Position numbers and translations under genes: made by a program. The notes below the pieces were generated by a model. It did no database searches. It was given only the letters and a program-made list of their open reading frames with translations, and was not told the DNA's origin. Below are positions 1-14,632 of a stretch of DNA of 64,000 nucleotides, piece by piece (position 1 is the first letter of the stretch; every line of letters begins with the position of its first letter). Source of the DNA: Octopus vulgaris (lineage: Eukaryota). The stretch lies in contig OX597820.1 of the NCBI GenBank assembly GCA_951406725.2, positions 4,712,001 through 4,776,000 on the forward strand, in the 5' to 3' direction.

Positions 1-59
1 TGTACCGAGAGTCAACACTAAATTAGGGGATCGACCTATACCCGAACAAAATGCAACAC

Positions 60-666
60 ATATACACACACACACACATATATACATACATATATATATA
101 TTTATGTAATACATATAATATATATAGATATATAATACATATAATATATATAATATATATATAATATATATATTACACATAATATATATATTATATAATA
201 TATATATTATACATATATCTATAATATATATATTATACATATAATATATATAATATATATTATTTACATATTTTATATATTACATATATAATATATATTA
301 TATAATATATATATATATGTATAATTTATATATATTATATATGTAATATATAAAATATGTAAATAATATATATTATATATTATATATATATAACATGTAT
401 AATTTATATGTATTATATATGATATATATATATGATATATGTATATATGATATATATATATGATATATGTATATATGATATATATATGTATATATTATAT
501 ATATATAACATGTATAATTTATATGTATTATATATGATATATATATATATGATATATGTATATATGATATATATATATGATATATGTATATATGATATAT
601 ATATGTATATATTATATATATATAACATGTATAATTTATATGTATTATATATGATATATATATATA

Positions 667-707
<41 letters not shown>

Positions 708-760
708 TACATATATACATATATATATATCATGTATGTGTGTATATATATATATATAAA
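60..760. repeat. AT microsatellite with internal fold-back (about 250-375) and a roughly 116-bp period triplication
   Basis: taacatgtataattt recurs at about 391, 507 and 623; tatttacatattttatatattac is mirrored at about 335-370. Confidence 0.8.
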
Positions 761-1133
761 TAAAAATTAATATAGGGAGCAGTGTGCAATGTTTTACCAA
801 AAAGGAAATCTATAATCGTCGCAAAATATGCTTAGGGTGTTAGAAACACTTTGCGTATCTATTGAGCACTCACACACATATATAAACGCACACACACACG
901 CGTGTGTGTGAGATTCTGTCGGTCTGTTTTGTCAGAGACTGGTATTATAAACGGGTATCGCTTCCTTGTATGTGTGTGTGTATATATATATATATATATC
1001 AGATTAATCAGCCGAAATTGCTACGATGATCCGGTTCTTGACTGAAGATTGAAGGCTTCGAATGTCCCGTCCGTGTTTTTTGTATCGTCTTCTAAATGTT
1101 TCACGCTCTTGTCCCAGTTTGTATTTTTTTACA

Positions 1134-1166
<33 letters not shown>

Positions 1167-1266
1167 AATCAATATAGGGTGGCAAAAAAAATTTTGTAGA
1201 ATTCTTTTGCCTCCAGCGGCCTAGTGGGAAAAAATTAAATAGTCATAAACCATTTTTACGTTCAAC

Positions 1267-1492
1267 ATCACAATCAAGGAACGGCCATAATAGGCCATTC
1301 ACCCACTAGAAATAACAGCCAAAAGCTTTAACCGCAAAATAACATTAATACCGTAAACCAGGAGAAAATTGAAAAACAGGGTAAAAGTTTTTCAATTTTC
1401 TCCTGGTTTACGGTATTAATGTTATTTTGCGGTTAAAGCTTTTGGCTGTTATTTCTAGTGGGTGAATGGCCTATTATGGCCGTTCCTTGATT

Positions 1493-1497
<5 letters not shown>
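1267..1497. repeat. Perfect 111-bp inverted repeat with 9-nt loop
   Basis: 1267-1377 is the exact reverse complement of 1387-1497; embedded in (TA)n. Confidence 0.95.
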
Positions 1498-1548
<51 letters not shown>

Positions 1549-2903
1549 CATGCGGTGCTACAGCATGGCCGCGGTCAAATGATTGAAACAAGTAAAAGAA
1601 TATATATATATATATACATATGGGCATGCCATGTTTCGTGTTTCCCCCCCCCTACCGCCTGTTGAAGCCTCCGGGGATGGGGCTTTCGTGGTCATTTCTT
1701 CCGTAATAACCCCGGAACATTCTCCTGTATGAATCAGCTGCTATTTCATGTAATAACCACCTTGCTATCAGCACGATTATTATCACCTTCCTCCCTTTAC
1801 ACCTCCTCGCTCACCCGCCACCATCACCACCACCACCGCCACCGCCGCCACCCTCCACTGACTCACCCCGATTACAAAGATATCGTCCGCCCTCCCCCCC
1901 CCACCCTCTCCTATGACCAAACTCTTGTCTTAACTATTGCTATGACACTATCTATGACCTCTCTCTCTTTCTTTCTCCCCTCTGCCTGCCACCGCTACTC
2001 CTCTCCTCTCTGTCTATCTCGATTCCTTCCTTATCACACCCCTCTCTCCTCCCTCTCACCCCTACATTTCCTCATTTCCGCCTTTTTTTTTTTTTTGTTT
2101 GTTCTTGTTTTTGTTTTTTTTCTTCCTTTTTTTTCCTTTTTTTCGTGACCTTCCTGTTACGTTGACGCTTCGAAACCCTCAACACCGAACGACTCCACCG
2201 CGCAACCACCGCACACACTCGCACCATTATTAAGCACCGCTCTTTACATTGCTCTACAACGCCGGAACACATACCACAACACTTACTACCAGATCACTAC
2301 CACCACCACCACTACCACCACCACCACGAGTTGAGGTTAAATGTCGTGACCAAAAATAAAGTATAGATTTCTCAGTCAACAGGGGTGGACTGGTGTGCGG
2401 TGGGGTACTTGGGTGGACTGGTGTGGGGTTTTGTGGACTATTGGATCCACGTCATAGTGTGTATGTGTGTCTGTGGTGTCCAGTTGTGGCTTTCTTAATA
2501 CATCATTATCCATTTATAGACATACCTCTGTTACGCTGTCTGTGTGTCCCTCTCATCTCGCAATATTTATTGGTTCTCTTAATCTGCAGTTTCTAATTAA
2601 TTGTCGCCACAATTAATTAGAATGGTGGTGGTTGTGGTTGTGATGGTGACGGTGGTGTTGGTGCCGCTCGGTATAAATTCGGACGTCGTCCCTTTACCTG
2701 TGATAGCCGCTTAATTACACACACCTGAGTCTTTTGTACTGCTTTGCTATCGAAAAAGCATCCTTTCTACTGAAAGCACAAAACCTGGATTTTTTTTTGC
2801 TATGTAGGGACGCGGCCAGCTGATTACATCAGACCCCTTCGGCGGAATTTGAACTTAGAACTTAAATAGCCGGAAGAAATGCCGCTAAGCATTTTGTCCA
2901 ACG

Positions 2904-2958
<55 letters not shown>

Positions 2959-3668
2959 ATGTCCAACTATGGCATTTCGAGTGCAGTTATGACAAATCGT
3001 TAACAGATTCACCGTGTCGGGGTTTTCGGTTCATTCCCGGTGCGTGCCATCTTCAGATATTTTCTTTTCCAAACATAGGTCCAGCTAATCCTTGCCACTG
3101 AAACCTTATGAAAGTCCGTCGGATGACCTGTACTTGGGGAAAGGACTAGCCTTATAACACCATATCGCGCTTCATCTGCCCAAGGTTTTTGTTAACCCTC
3201 TTTGTCTGTGCAAATCATCTTCGTAAGTTCACCCTAAAAGTCCCTGTTTGTTTCCAGTCGTTTCCGTATCCCTTCTTTCATCCGTTCGTGCGAGTGATAT
3301 AAGGCTTTCCTTGCGTAAGTTCCAAGTTCCTCTGGTGGTTGAAAGAAAAATAGGAATGGGTACCATACGTGACACGCGGGGACAGCTAAAGGACTAAGGA
3401 TACAACTTTCGGAACCTCCAAATATCCCGACGGGCTTTTTAGAGATTGTTTTTTTTTAATAAGTGGTTTTCTTTTACTTGTTTCAGTCATTTGACTGCGG
3501 CCATGCTGCAGCACCACTTTTAGTCAAACAAATCGACCTCAGCACATATTCTTCGTAAGCCTAGTACTTATTCTACCGGTACCTTTTGCTGAATCGCTAA
3601 ATTACGGGGACGTTAACTCACCAACATCGGTTGTCAAACGATGGTGGGGGAGGGACAAACACAGACAA

Positions 3669-3743
<75 letters not shown>

Positions 3744-4231
3744 AATATATATATACACACACACACACACCACGGTCTTTCAGTTTCCGTCTACCAAATC
3801 CACTCATAAGGCTTTGGTCGGCCCGAGGCAATAGTAGAAGACACTTGCCCAAGGTGCCACGCAGTGGGACTGAACCCGGAACCAGGTGACTGGCGTTCAG
3901 TTCCACTGCGTGGCACATTACGCAAGTGTCTTCTTTTATAAAAGTATTTATGAAGTCCCTTACACAGTAAGATCACGAATGGGCCGACATCAAAGGAAAA
4001 TGAATGTTTCTGATGTGGAGTGGAAGTATGTTAAGAGTTTCTTGAAGTTTTCGGGTGTTGGGGCGGGCGGGACGTGGTGACCGGTTTGGAGTGAATTCGG
4101 TGTTGCTCGTTCCTCAAATATCATCGTTTTGAAAACAGCGGAACAACGCTGAGAGATGTTATTATCAATAATGGAAAAAAAAATGTTTGGCTTGAAATAT
4201 AGTAATAATCTCTCTCTCTCTCTCTCTCTAA

Positions 4232-4279
<48 letters not shown>

Positions 4280-5043
4280 ATGTATATATGTTCAACATGT
4301 GCAGCCGTTAATCCTGACACGTTCTTTTTCTCTCCGTTTTCTTTCCTCATTCCTTCCTGTAAGCTCGAAACATCAAAAATTTCTTCGATTTTTCTCCGGC
4401 GCGTCAAAACTAACAAACCTTCTTTGCTGTGTTATTTATTTATTATTATTATTTTTTTATGGATTTGTCTCTGTCTTTCGTTTCTGCACTTTTGTAAAGT
4501 TTTGTGCTCCATCGTGGCCGCAATCACGTGACTGAAACAAGTAAAAGAATATATTTATATATATCTTCATTCTTTACACATCTTTGATAAAACGGAAAGG
4601 GCCGGAATCTGTGCAGTGGGAAAGAGATCTAGGTAAGACTTTCTAGGATTCCCGTAGCGCTATCACAGATCGATACAAGTTTTATAGATCAATACAGGCG
4701 CTATTAAAGATCAATAGAAGTTTATCGAAAATGGTATCAATAAATTCTTCCAGTGATAAAATATACAACTACAATGCAAAAAAATGATTTCTAAGTTGGC
4801 ACAGGCCGTGCGGCCGTATACAGGTGAATATAGTTACGTATATATCGATGTGTCTGCTTGTATATGTGTGTATATCACATGTGTATGCATATGTGTGTGT
4901 ATGTGCGCGAGTGCGCAGGCATGGCTGTGTGCTAAGAAGCTTGCTTACCAACCTTATGGTTCTGGGTTCAGTCCCACTGCGTAGCACCTTCGGCAAATGT
5001 CTTCTGAGTGGATTTGGCAGACGGAAACTGAAAGAAGCCCTTC

Positions 5044-5111
<68 letters not shown>

Positions 5112-6279
5112 CTGTGTGTGTGTTTGTCCTCCACTACCGCTTGACAACCGGCCTTGGTTTTGTTTACGGTCCCATCACTTTACTGTTCGGCAAATGAGAT
5201 CGATGGATTCAATATCGGTCTTACAAAAAGTACTGAGGTCGATTCATTCGACCAAAGGATTCTTCAAAGGCGGTGCTGCAGCATGGTCGCAGTATGGTGA
5301 TCGAAACAAGTGGAAGATATCTCCCTCTTTCTACCTCTCTCTCGTATGATTTCTGTCCGTGTTGAAAGCCGTCTGTCTCTCTATTGTATGCAGCTCTTAA
5401 GTAATAATAGGTGACCTTTATAACACCCGTGTACAGCAGACACAGTGTCTGCTGTGACAGTCCTGGGTACGCAACCTTTCAGCTAACAGCCATCACTGTC
5501 TTGTACTCTCTCGTCCTTCATGCTAGTTGCATATCTCAACGATCGGGGTTCGAGTTCTAGAAAAAAAAAAACAGATTTAATTTCAAGTGACCCGGCAGAG
5601 CCATAGACTGTGTGGCGGTTACGGTATACATTTCTTTTAACTTATTTTTGTCATTGGACTGCGGCCATGCTGGGGCACCGCCTTGAAAGATTTAGTCAAA
5701 TAAATTGACCCCAATAGCCATTTTTCAGTTTGGGAATTATTCTAGCAGTCTCTCTGCCAAACCTCTAAGTTAAGGGGTAAGCAAAACTACACCGATTGTC
5801 AAGCGGTGACGGGGAGAGACACGACGAACAGACAGAGACACTTGTATATGACGGGCTTCTTTTCAGCTTCCGTCTACACACAAGGCTCTGGTCAGCCTGG
5901 AGCTGTATTAGAAGACACTTGCCCAAGGTGCCACGTAGTGGGACTGAACCCAAGAGTACAGGGTTGCGAAGCAAGCAAGCCTTCTTAACCACACAGCCAC
6001 GCGTCTGCCTCTAAGTATGTATGTCTAGAGAGAGTGGAGTGGCGCATTCCAGCGTCACCAGGGTGCCATGGGGGATAAGGCCGCTATCGTGTCTCGCTGC
6101 TGTTGTGATGTGGCGGTGGGGTGCGGGATTGGCATCGGTGGGGTAGGAGATGTTCATGAGAATGGCGGGGTGGCGGTGGTGAAGCTGGTATCAATTAAAA
6201 GTGTCTTTGTTTCTTCATATGTAATCCTTGTAGGATTTAAAATATTAATTAATTGAAGTAATATCTTAATGAGCTATGG

Positions 6280-6320
<41 letters not shown>

Positions 6321-6345
6321 GTGTGTGTGCTTATGTGTTACACTT

Positions 6346-6381
<36 letters not shown>

Positions 6382-6462
6382 CTGAAGCACACACATATAT
6401 ACATACACACATGTAAAAATATTTAAATATATGTGTCTCTCCCTCGCAGATGTATGTGTGTG

Positions 6463-6505
<43 letters not shown>

Positions 6506-6522
6506 GCGCACATACAGACATA

Positions 6523-6570
<48 letters not shown>

Positions 6571-7121
6571 ATCACCTGCTTTAATCTCTGTAATCTCATC
6601 ACTTGAATTACCAACAGGTGTACATCTCTGCCCCCCCCACCTCTTTCCCTCGCTTTCTCTTTCCCTCTCTCTCTCTGATCCTGCTTCACCTGTCATATCT
6701 CTCTCTTCTTCCTATTCCCTCTCACCACCACCACCACCTTCGTATTTGTTGTAGCTAAAAATATGACTGCTTCTGTCAATAACACTGCTGTTGTTGTTGT
6801 TGTTGTTGTTGTAAATATCAGTTGGTGGGTGAAAGCTCTTCCCCCCTCCTCTCTGCCCTACCCCCACCTCCCGAGCTATCTGATCAGAATCTCCCTTCTT
6901 TTGCTCTGTCAACACCCAACCAAATAAAAGAGAAAAAAACTGGGATAAACTATAAAAAATATATGCCGTCCACACGCATATTTATTTACCTACTGACATT
7001 CAAACACACTCACATACATCAACATCTTTACATTTGTATAAACACACACACGCCACACAGTGCACCCCCCACACACATATATATATATACATATATACAT
7101 ACACAAACTCATATATATGTT

Positions 7122-7157
<36 letters not shown>

Positions 7158-7383
7158 TGCATACATACATATATATATACTATATATATATATATATATA
7201 TATATGCATATATATATATGCATATATATATATGCATATATATATATGCATATATATATATGCATATATATATATGCATACATATATATGCATACATATA
7301 TATGCATACATATATATATGCATATATATATGTGTGCATATATATATATATGCATATATGTGTTCATGCATATATATACATAC

Positions 7384-7415
<32 letters not shown>

Positions 7416-8461
7416 ATGCATATATATATATATGTATATACGTGTGTGTGTGTGAGGTTGTGTTCGCGTTAACAACGGCGGAATTTGGACGGGTTCCATG
7501 GCAATTCTTCTCTTATGTTTTGAAATTGGATGAGAAAGACTTCCTACTTTTTCTGTGGCATCTGGCTTGTTAAATGTCCATTAAGTCTTTAGTGTTTAAA
7601 GCTGGCACCATCGACTTTTCTCTTGTTGCTGTTGTTGTTGTCGTTGTTATCTGTTACTACTTATACTCACCCAGACTTGAAATCGTCCCTCTTTCTTTTG
7701 ATTGATTCCTTTGTAAAACCGTTGATAATTCTTTCCATTATCGACACAAGGCCTGAAAGTTTGAAGGACGGGGGTTGAATAGATATTACATTGACCCCAG
7801 TGTTCAACTGGTGCTTATTTTATCAACTTCGAAAGGATAAAAAGCAAAGTCGAACTCAGTGGAATTCGAACTCAGAATGTAAAGTTAGACGGAACGCCGC
7901 TAAGCATTTTTTCGTCCGCCCTGCTAACGATTCAGCCAACACAGTTTATCATCCTCTTGTTTGCTATTTATATTGCTACTCCTAAGTATCTCCTCGTTCT
8001 TGTTGCCTCCAGCTTTTATTGTCTTACTCGCAGGCGGCAATGTCAGTGGTTTAACCTACTGACCTCTCTTCTTACAATGTCGAACCAGTAAGTAATCAGA
8101 CGGGCCAGTGTTACGCCGACAGTCAACCATTGTTGGTACCATTTGTGAAGTGATAAGTTCATCGTGGCCTCTGATTAGGGACAATTAAAAACCAATTTGT
8201 TTATGAGAATGCTGTCTCGTAAATTCTTCTGACCATAAAAGTAACCCAGAATTTTTATAGGCGCAGCCGTGGTTGTGTGGTAAGAAGTTTGCTTCCCAAC
8301 CACGTCATTCCGGGTTCAGTTCCACAGCGTGGCACCTTGTTGGACAATTGTCTTCTACTATGGCCGCGGGCCGGGCCATTTGTGTGTGTGTGTGTGTGTG
8401 AGAGATTGACAACTAGCTCCAAAAATTTCTTAATTCTCTCTCTGTTTATTTACTCGCGTTC

Positions 8462-8497
8462 CTTTCTGACGAAGAGCGTAGGCTCGAAAAGTAAAAG
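8462..8497 (+). ncRNA. Minimal hammerhead motif (GAGC/GCTC stem II family)
   Basis: CTTT-CTGACGA-A-GAGC-gtag-GCTC-GAAA-AGTA-AAAG. Confidence 0.65.
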
Positions 8498-9231
8498 ACT
8501 CTCGAGCGTCAAACAAATACACCTGTTTGCTGTTTATACACCTGTGTAAGTGTGTATTTAATATTAATATTAGGGAAGTTGTTTCCGAGTCCACAGGGGA
8601 GAGAATTTCAATTTAGCCTTGTGCTAAAATTTGATACCAATATTATCTGAATATTGTTAGTATCCACTTACAAATCCGGCCATGGTTCGAATCTTGTTCC
8701 GTCCACTCTCATACTACCACACCGCACCATTTGCATCTCTGCCAGGTGTCCGGCTTTCTTGAATACCTCTTTACTCTGAATGGACCCAGAAATAGAATCT
8801 CCCCGAATTTTCAGATTCTTGTTTTACAGTCGTGAACAGCCCAAAGCAGAAACTGTCAACTTTCGATATAACTCACTCTCTCTCACACACACACACACAC
8901 ACACATTTCCTCCCCCCTCTCTCTCTTACTCACACACACACCTCAACTGATATCATTTTACGATAAGATTAACCTTGATTGGACATGTTCTGAGACAGTC
9001 TTCTCAATCAAAAATCAAGTTACATTATGTTGGAAGGGTTTTGCAAAAGACATACAGCTGGGCGGCGGCGGCGACGGTGGTGACGGCTAAAGAAAAAAAG
9101 ACATTGTCGGTCTCTTTGATCTTTTCTTAACTAAACATTAACTCGGTTTAGAACACTTGTTAACCCTCCAGAGAAAATATAACAGTTGATCTTGTACGTT
9201 TAGTTTAAATATAGCTCTCGCAACCAGCAAC

Positions 9232-9314
<83 letters not shown>

Positions 9315-9323
9315 AAGATAGCC

Positions 9324-9412
9324 TTGGCCTGAAGAGTAGCCTGCGGTATACACCTCGTTTGGATAAGTAAAACTGCTGAGGTTCCGCTCGCTATGAAACA
9401 TAATGTGGACCG
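9324..9412 (+). ncRNA. Degenerate hammerhead-like motif with long stem II
   Basis: CTGAAGA-GTAGC...GCTAT-GAAA-CAT-a-ATGT-G. Internal pairings gcgg/ccgc and acctc/gaggt. Position 17 is G and stem I is imperfect. The host segment 9310-9650 is flanked by (TA)n. Confidence 0.4.
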
Positions 9413-9647
9413 GATCTTATCTACTCCATTCCTTAACTTTTGTACTCTTATTCGCACACCCGGCAACCCTGGTCGCCGACTGTAAGATATAAAAAGTACT
9501 TTTTTCAGTTTATTCTACTTCGATACGGGAAAAAGAATCCACAACCTTCCGTCTCAATAAACCACTGTTGTCTCTGAAAGTTGTTTTTTTTAATATTTAC
9601 TACGAATTGCTCAAAGTTGGCTAACCTCCTACGCTCGATCCCTGGAT

Positions 9648-9716
<69 letters not shown>

Positions 9717-10474
9717 TAGACATAAGTTTCATAAACTACAAAATATAAATGTCCACGCTACCACACCTGAAACGTACCTGTTATAACTCTTTATCTCGAT
9801 TTGAATGTACGTGGAGGTATTTAGAAATGTCTAAACTTATTTCTGCAGATGTGCTAAGCACTGATGATTACCATTTAATCGATAAGCGTAGGAGCAAGGT
9901 AAATGCAGTAAAAATAGGCGGGGTCAGTGGGCCCCATTTAAGTTGCCCTTCGGAAACTGAACCATTTTACGATACTCCCTGGGAGTTCATGGTATGAAAT
10001 TCATTGACATTACTCCGGTCTGGTCGCCAATGCTTAGAATGCAGTAAAAATAGGGGTTCAGTGGGGCTCCAATTAGGCAACCTTTAAAAAAATAGAACCC
10101 CTTAGGACATTCCTTGGGTTTAGGGGAGTTGCTGGTTAGAGTTTTGATGTCGTAGCACCAATGGTTTTGGAGGAGTTAACGAACATCAAAACGTAACGGA
10201 CAGAGACACATCTCTCAGATTTATTCAAGGATACACAGTGACGCTCCTGTCGTAAACGATAGACGAGGCATCGGCAACCTCTTGCTGACCATCCCCCTGC
10301 ACAGATGATCTGTTTGGAGCGGTCAGACATTTGCGCGTGGCTTAGAGGCTAGGTTATTCGATTCACAATCGTCCTCTCAGCTGCTCAGAATGAGTTTCAC
10401 CTGTAATTCAAAGGACCAGCCTTGTAACACTGAATCGACTTAGTCCCTCCCCACAAATTTCAGGCCTTGTGCCG

Positions 10475-10510
<36 letters not shown>

Positions 10511-11676
10511 AAGAAGAATGGTGTTTTCAGATTTTTTTATGGCAACCAGTCAATAAAAACCCTGTGATCGTTGTTCAGTCTTTGATGTCTTCTCCCCGTG
10601 ATTCCAGACACTCGAAATACACTTCCATTGTCATTAAGGACCGCTTGTCTCTTCGCGAGACAAAGTAAAAGCAACTGACTCGGGTGCATGCAACGCAGAG
10701 GTACCCGGCACGAAATCCTAGTGCGGCGACATCATGGATTTTACTCTTGTCTTTGACCCTTTTTCCTGTCCAAAGCGTTTTCATAAGTCTGTCTTAAACG
10801 TCCGTGATTGTTTTCAGACTTTTAATGAACCCTTGTTTCATACGTTCTGAGTTGGAGAAAGTTTTCCCTTCGTAAGCCCCGAGTTACTCTGGTGGTTGAA
10901 AGAACTGGGAATGTGTATCCTATATGAAATAGGGACACCAGAGAAATATGTCCTGTGTAAAACATGTGACACACTGGACAGGCAAAGGGTTAAATCGGCC
11001 AAGATATTTGTAGTGTTCAGTTGTGAAAACACGATTTTAACCCTATTTAAAGTGACCTGTTGAGAATAAAGTAGAAGAGAGACCGACATGCTGATGTGTG
11101 ACACTTTTTATGTTTGTGAAGAAGATTCGGTCGTTGCACCAGTATCGTTCTTGAGTTCTACTATTTTGTACGGCAGATGTCCCATTATTTTAGGATATAC
11201 ACATATACATACATGTATGCGTGTATGTTTATATAATGAACGGCGATGGTGTTAATGCCACATATAAATTCTCCGTAAATTCCCATCTTTATTTATGTAA
11301 AGGGCCCTGGGATCTTTGTTTGCAGGTCAGCAAACACCACGGATATATGTTTCGGTGTATTTTTCTTCGTCAGTGTAGTACGGGGTTACATAGAGAAGCG
11401 GAGATATACAACACACGCGTAGACTACTCACGGCTCCTGGAATTTAGATAACATTTTATGTTGACTGAGTCTGATAGATTAAAGAAATCTTCTTATAATC
11501 CATTGGGTATGCATAGACACACACACACACACACGTATATATGTACACATATGCAAATACACGTAATATATATGTGGACATGCTTATTTCAGTATATGCA
11601 GATAATGCGTCTGTTATCACATATGTTTATATATACATACATACATACAGGCATGTATGCATGTATGTATATGTAT

Positions 11677-11723
<47 letters not shown>

Positions 11724-11818
11724 ATCCAAACAAGAAAACACAAAAAAACACAACAACGCAAGGACGTGGAACAAAAATAGTATTATTGGACGCTCAGGAA
11801 AGAAGGGATGGAGGAGGG

Positions 11819-11852
11819 CTTAACGTTTCGAGCGGAGCTCTTCGTCGGAAAC
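11819..11852 (-). ncRNA. Minimal hammerhead motif (GAGC/GCTC family)
   Basis: Minus strand GTTT-CCGACGA-A-GAGC-tcc-GCTC-GAAA-CGTT-AAGC with intact palindromic AACGTT stem III; the host element lies between (TA)n tracts, about 11720-11900. Confidence 0.7.
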
Positions 11853-11896
11853 ATAGGAAAAGGAAAGATCCAGAGAAGAGAAGACAGAGGAAACAA

Positions 11897-11944
<48 letters not shown>

Positions 11945-12541
11945 GTGCGTGTATATCATCATAATAGCTTTACACCAGACAGACGTATGTGTGTGTGTGT
12001 GGTATGTAAAATATTAACCAATATTGTATTTGTGTGTGAAATATTAACCAGTACCAGATCAAATGAGTACTCAATGCGAGTATGGGGTAGCGTCGAGGGT
12101 CTTTTTGTTTATTACTAACAATAAAAATGCCGTCCCGGAGAGTTTATCCGTTTCCCAAATCCAGACGTTAATCGTTATGGCGGGACTCGGATCATCAGAA
12201 GCGATTTGTGGTACTTGTGTTTCGTACATTCGGCGCAAACGGTTCGGCTGAAAGTGTCTGGAGGTGACATATAATGGTCTGTGTGTGTGTGTTTAATTTT
12301 GATCTGGTGTTGTCGGTTCCAGTGAGATTGTGGAGTGTGGGTGTGGGTTAGTGTAACTCCACGTAATAAGCACGTGTGTGTGTGTGTGTGCCGGTTTAGT
12401 TATTCTCTGTGTTTTGAATTAAAAAGTCGTTTCACCATGTCAAACAATTAAGTCTAATCGCAAAATCTGCCGAGGCTTCGAATGACCCGTCCGTGTTTTT
12501 TGTATCGTCTTCTGGATGTTTTGCGTTCTTGTCCCATTTTG

Positions 12542-12581
<40 letters not shown>

Positions 12582-12583
12582 TT

Positions 12584-12735
12584 TATTTAAAGCAGCAGAA
12601 AATTCAACAAAACCTGTTACCCTGAGTTTCGCGTTGCCGTTCATCGGACAGTTTTTTCTAGCAAAAACTGTCCGATGAACGGCAACGCGAAACTCAGAGT
12701 AACAGGTTTTGTTGAATTTTCTGCTGCTTTAAATA
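12584..12735. mobile_element. Head-to-head inverted Penelope-like remnant with hammerhead in each arm, in (TA)n
   Basis: Arms of about 72 bp with one mismatch. Plus arm 12668-12705: CTGT-CCGATGA-ACG-GCAA-CGC-GAAA-CTCAGAG-TA-ACAG (stem I CTGT/ACAG, GUA cleavage triplet). Confidence 0.75.
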
Positions 12736-12807
12736 TACCATATTACTCTACCACTGGTATTTGAGTACTCTGTTTTCCACCTTGTTTCACATTTATGGGT
12801 TTACTCC

Positions 12808-12858
<51 letters not shown>

Positions 12859-13215
12859 GTATGTATCTATGTATATCTATATATATACATGTATGTATAT
12901 CTATATATATACATGTATGTATATCTATATATATACATGTATGTATATCTATATATATACATGTATATATCTATATATATATACATGTACGTATATATAT
13001 ATATATATATATGTACGTATATATATATTTACGTATATATATATGTATGTGCGTATATATATATATATATATATGCGTATGTGTATATATATATGTATGT
13101 GCGTATATATATGTATGCGCGTATATATATGTATGTGCGTATATATATATATATGTATGTGCGTATGTGTATATATATATGTATGTGCGTATGTGTATAT
13201 ATATATGTATGTGCG

Positions 13216-13256
<41 letters not shown>

Positions 13257-13446
13257 GTATATATATATATATATATATATAGGTGTGGGTTTATGTACAT
13301 GTATATGTGTACACTCGACTCCATTGCAAGTGATATTGTCTTCTGGCCAAGTCAATGACCAACACAAAAATGTCTTGGCATTAAGTGTCTTTGATGTTCC
13401 CAGTTCCACCATAAATACCTTAATGGTGGTGGTGGTGGTTTAACGT

Positions 13447-13495
<49 letters not shown>

Positions 13496-13600
13496 CGTGA
13501 CCGACCAGACTATTAGATGTTGCTACACATCGCTGGTCACAATGCGCTTTGCATTGTTTTAGCCTTCAAATGACGCCACCCCGCTGGCTAAGCGAGCAGG

Positions 13601-13637
<37 letters not shown>

Positions 13638-13971
13638 TATATATATATATATATATATAATAATTATTTGAGGGAATATTAATCCTAACTTACAGGGAAA
13701 AAAATTCAATTTAGAAATACTAAATCAAATTTCACACAATATTATAAATATATATATATATATATATATAAATTATAAAAAGCCACCTTTTATCAATTAA
13801 AAATGAACAATTAAATTACACCATCTAGAAAATTACATAGAATAGAAATATTAAAATTAAAATAACAATAAAATGCCAATGATTAAGTAAATTGCAGTAA
13901 ATTGCAAAAAAATAATAAAAATGTATATAATATACATATATATAAGTATATATATATATAATATATATATT

Positions 13972-14006
<35 letters not shown>

Positions 14007-14446
14007 CACGTGTGTGTGTGTGTGTGTATTGTTGCATAGTATTACTTTGTTACCGATGGTTTTATACGAGTTTCCAGACTTTAATCTTGATCGCAATTCT
14101 TCCCATTTCCGCGTCCAGGGAACCTCCACTTGGTCGTTCCATTTGCCAAAAGAAGTGACCAAATCTTCCTCAAACCACGCTATTCCGTCTTTAGAGAAGA
14201 AGAAAAGAAAACGTATAGTACAAAATGTAATGTAAACGTGTGTGTGTGTGTGTATTTGTCCCTCACCACCGCTTGACAACTGTTGTTGGTGTGTTTACGT
14301 CCCCGTAACTTAGTGCTTCGGCAAAATAGACCGATAAAAGAAGTACCAGGTGGATTCGTTCGACTAAAAAATTCTTCAGTCTCTTCACTGAAACGAGTAT
14401 ATATATATATATAATATGTGTGTGTATGTAAATGTATGTATGTATG

Positions 14447-14484
<38 letters not shown>

Positions 14485-14548
14485 TATGTATGTATATATA
14501 TATGCATATGTATGTATATATATATATATATATATATGCATATGTATG

Positions 14549-14579
<31 letters not shown>

Positions 14580-14590
14580 GCATATGTATG

Positions 14591-14632
<42 letters not shown>

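Noticed and set aside
1042-1075. Hammerhead in the repeat shared with about 12470-12545 (CTGAAGA...CGAATGTC)
   Set aside because: GAAA is GAAT and no convincing stem I or stem III could be drawn.
3100-3420. Protein-coding exon shared with about 10780-10960
   Set aside because: Two diverged, stop-interrupted copies of a dispersed repeat, possibly a LINE end; the family could not be assigned.
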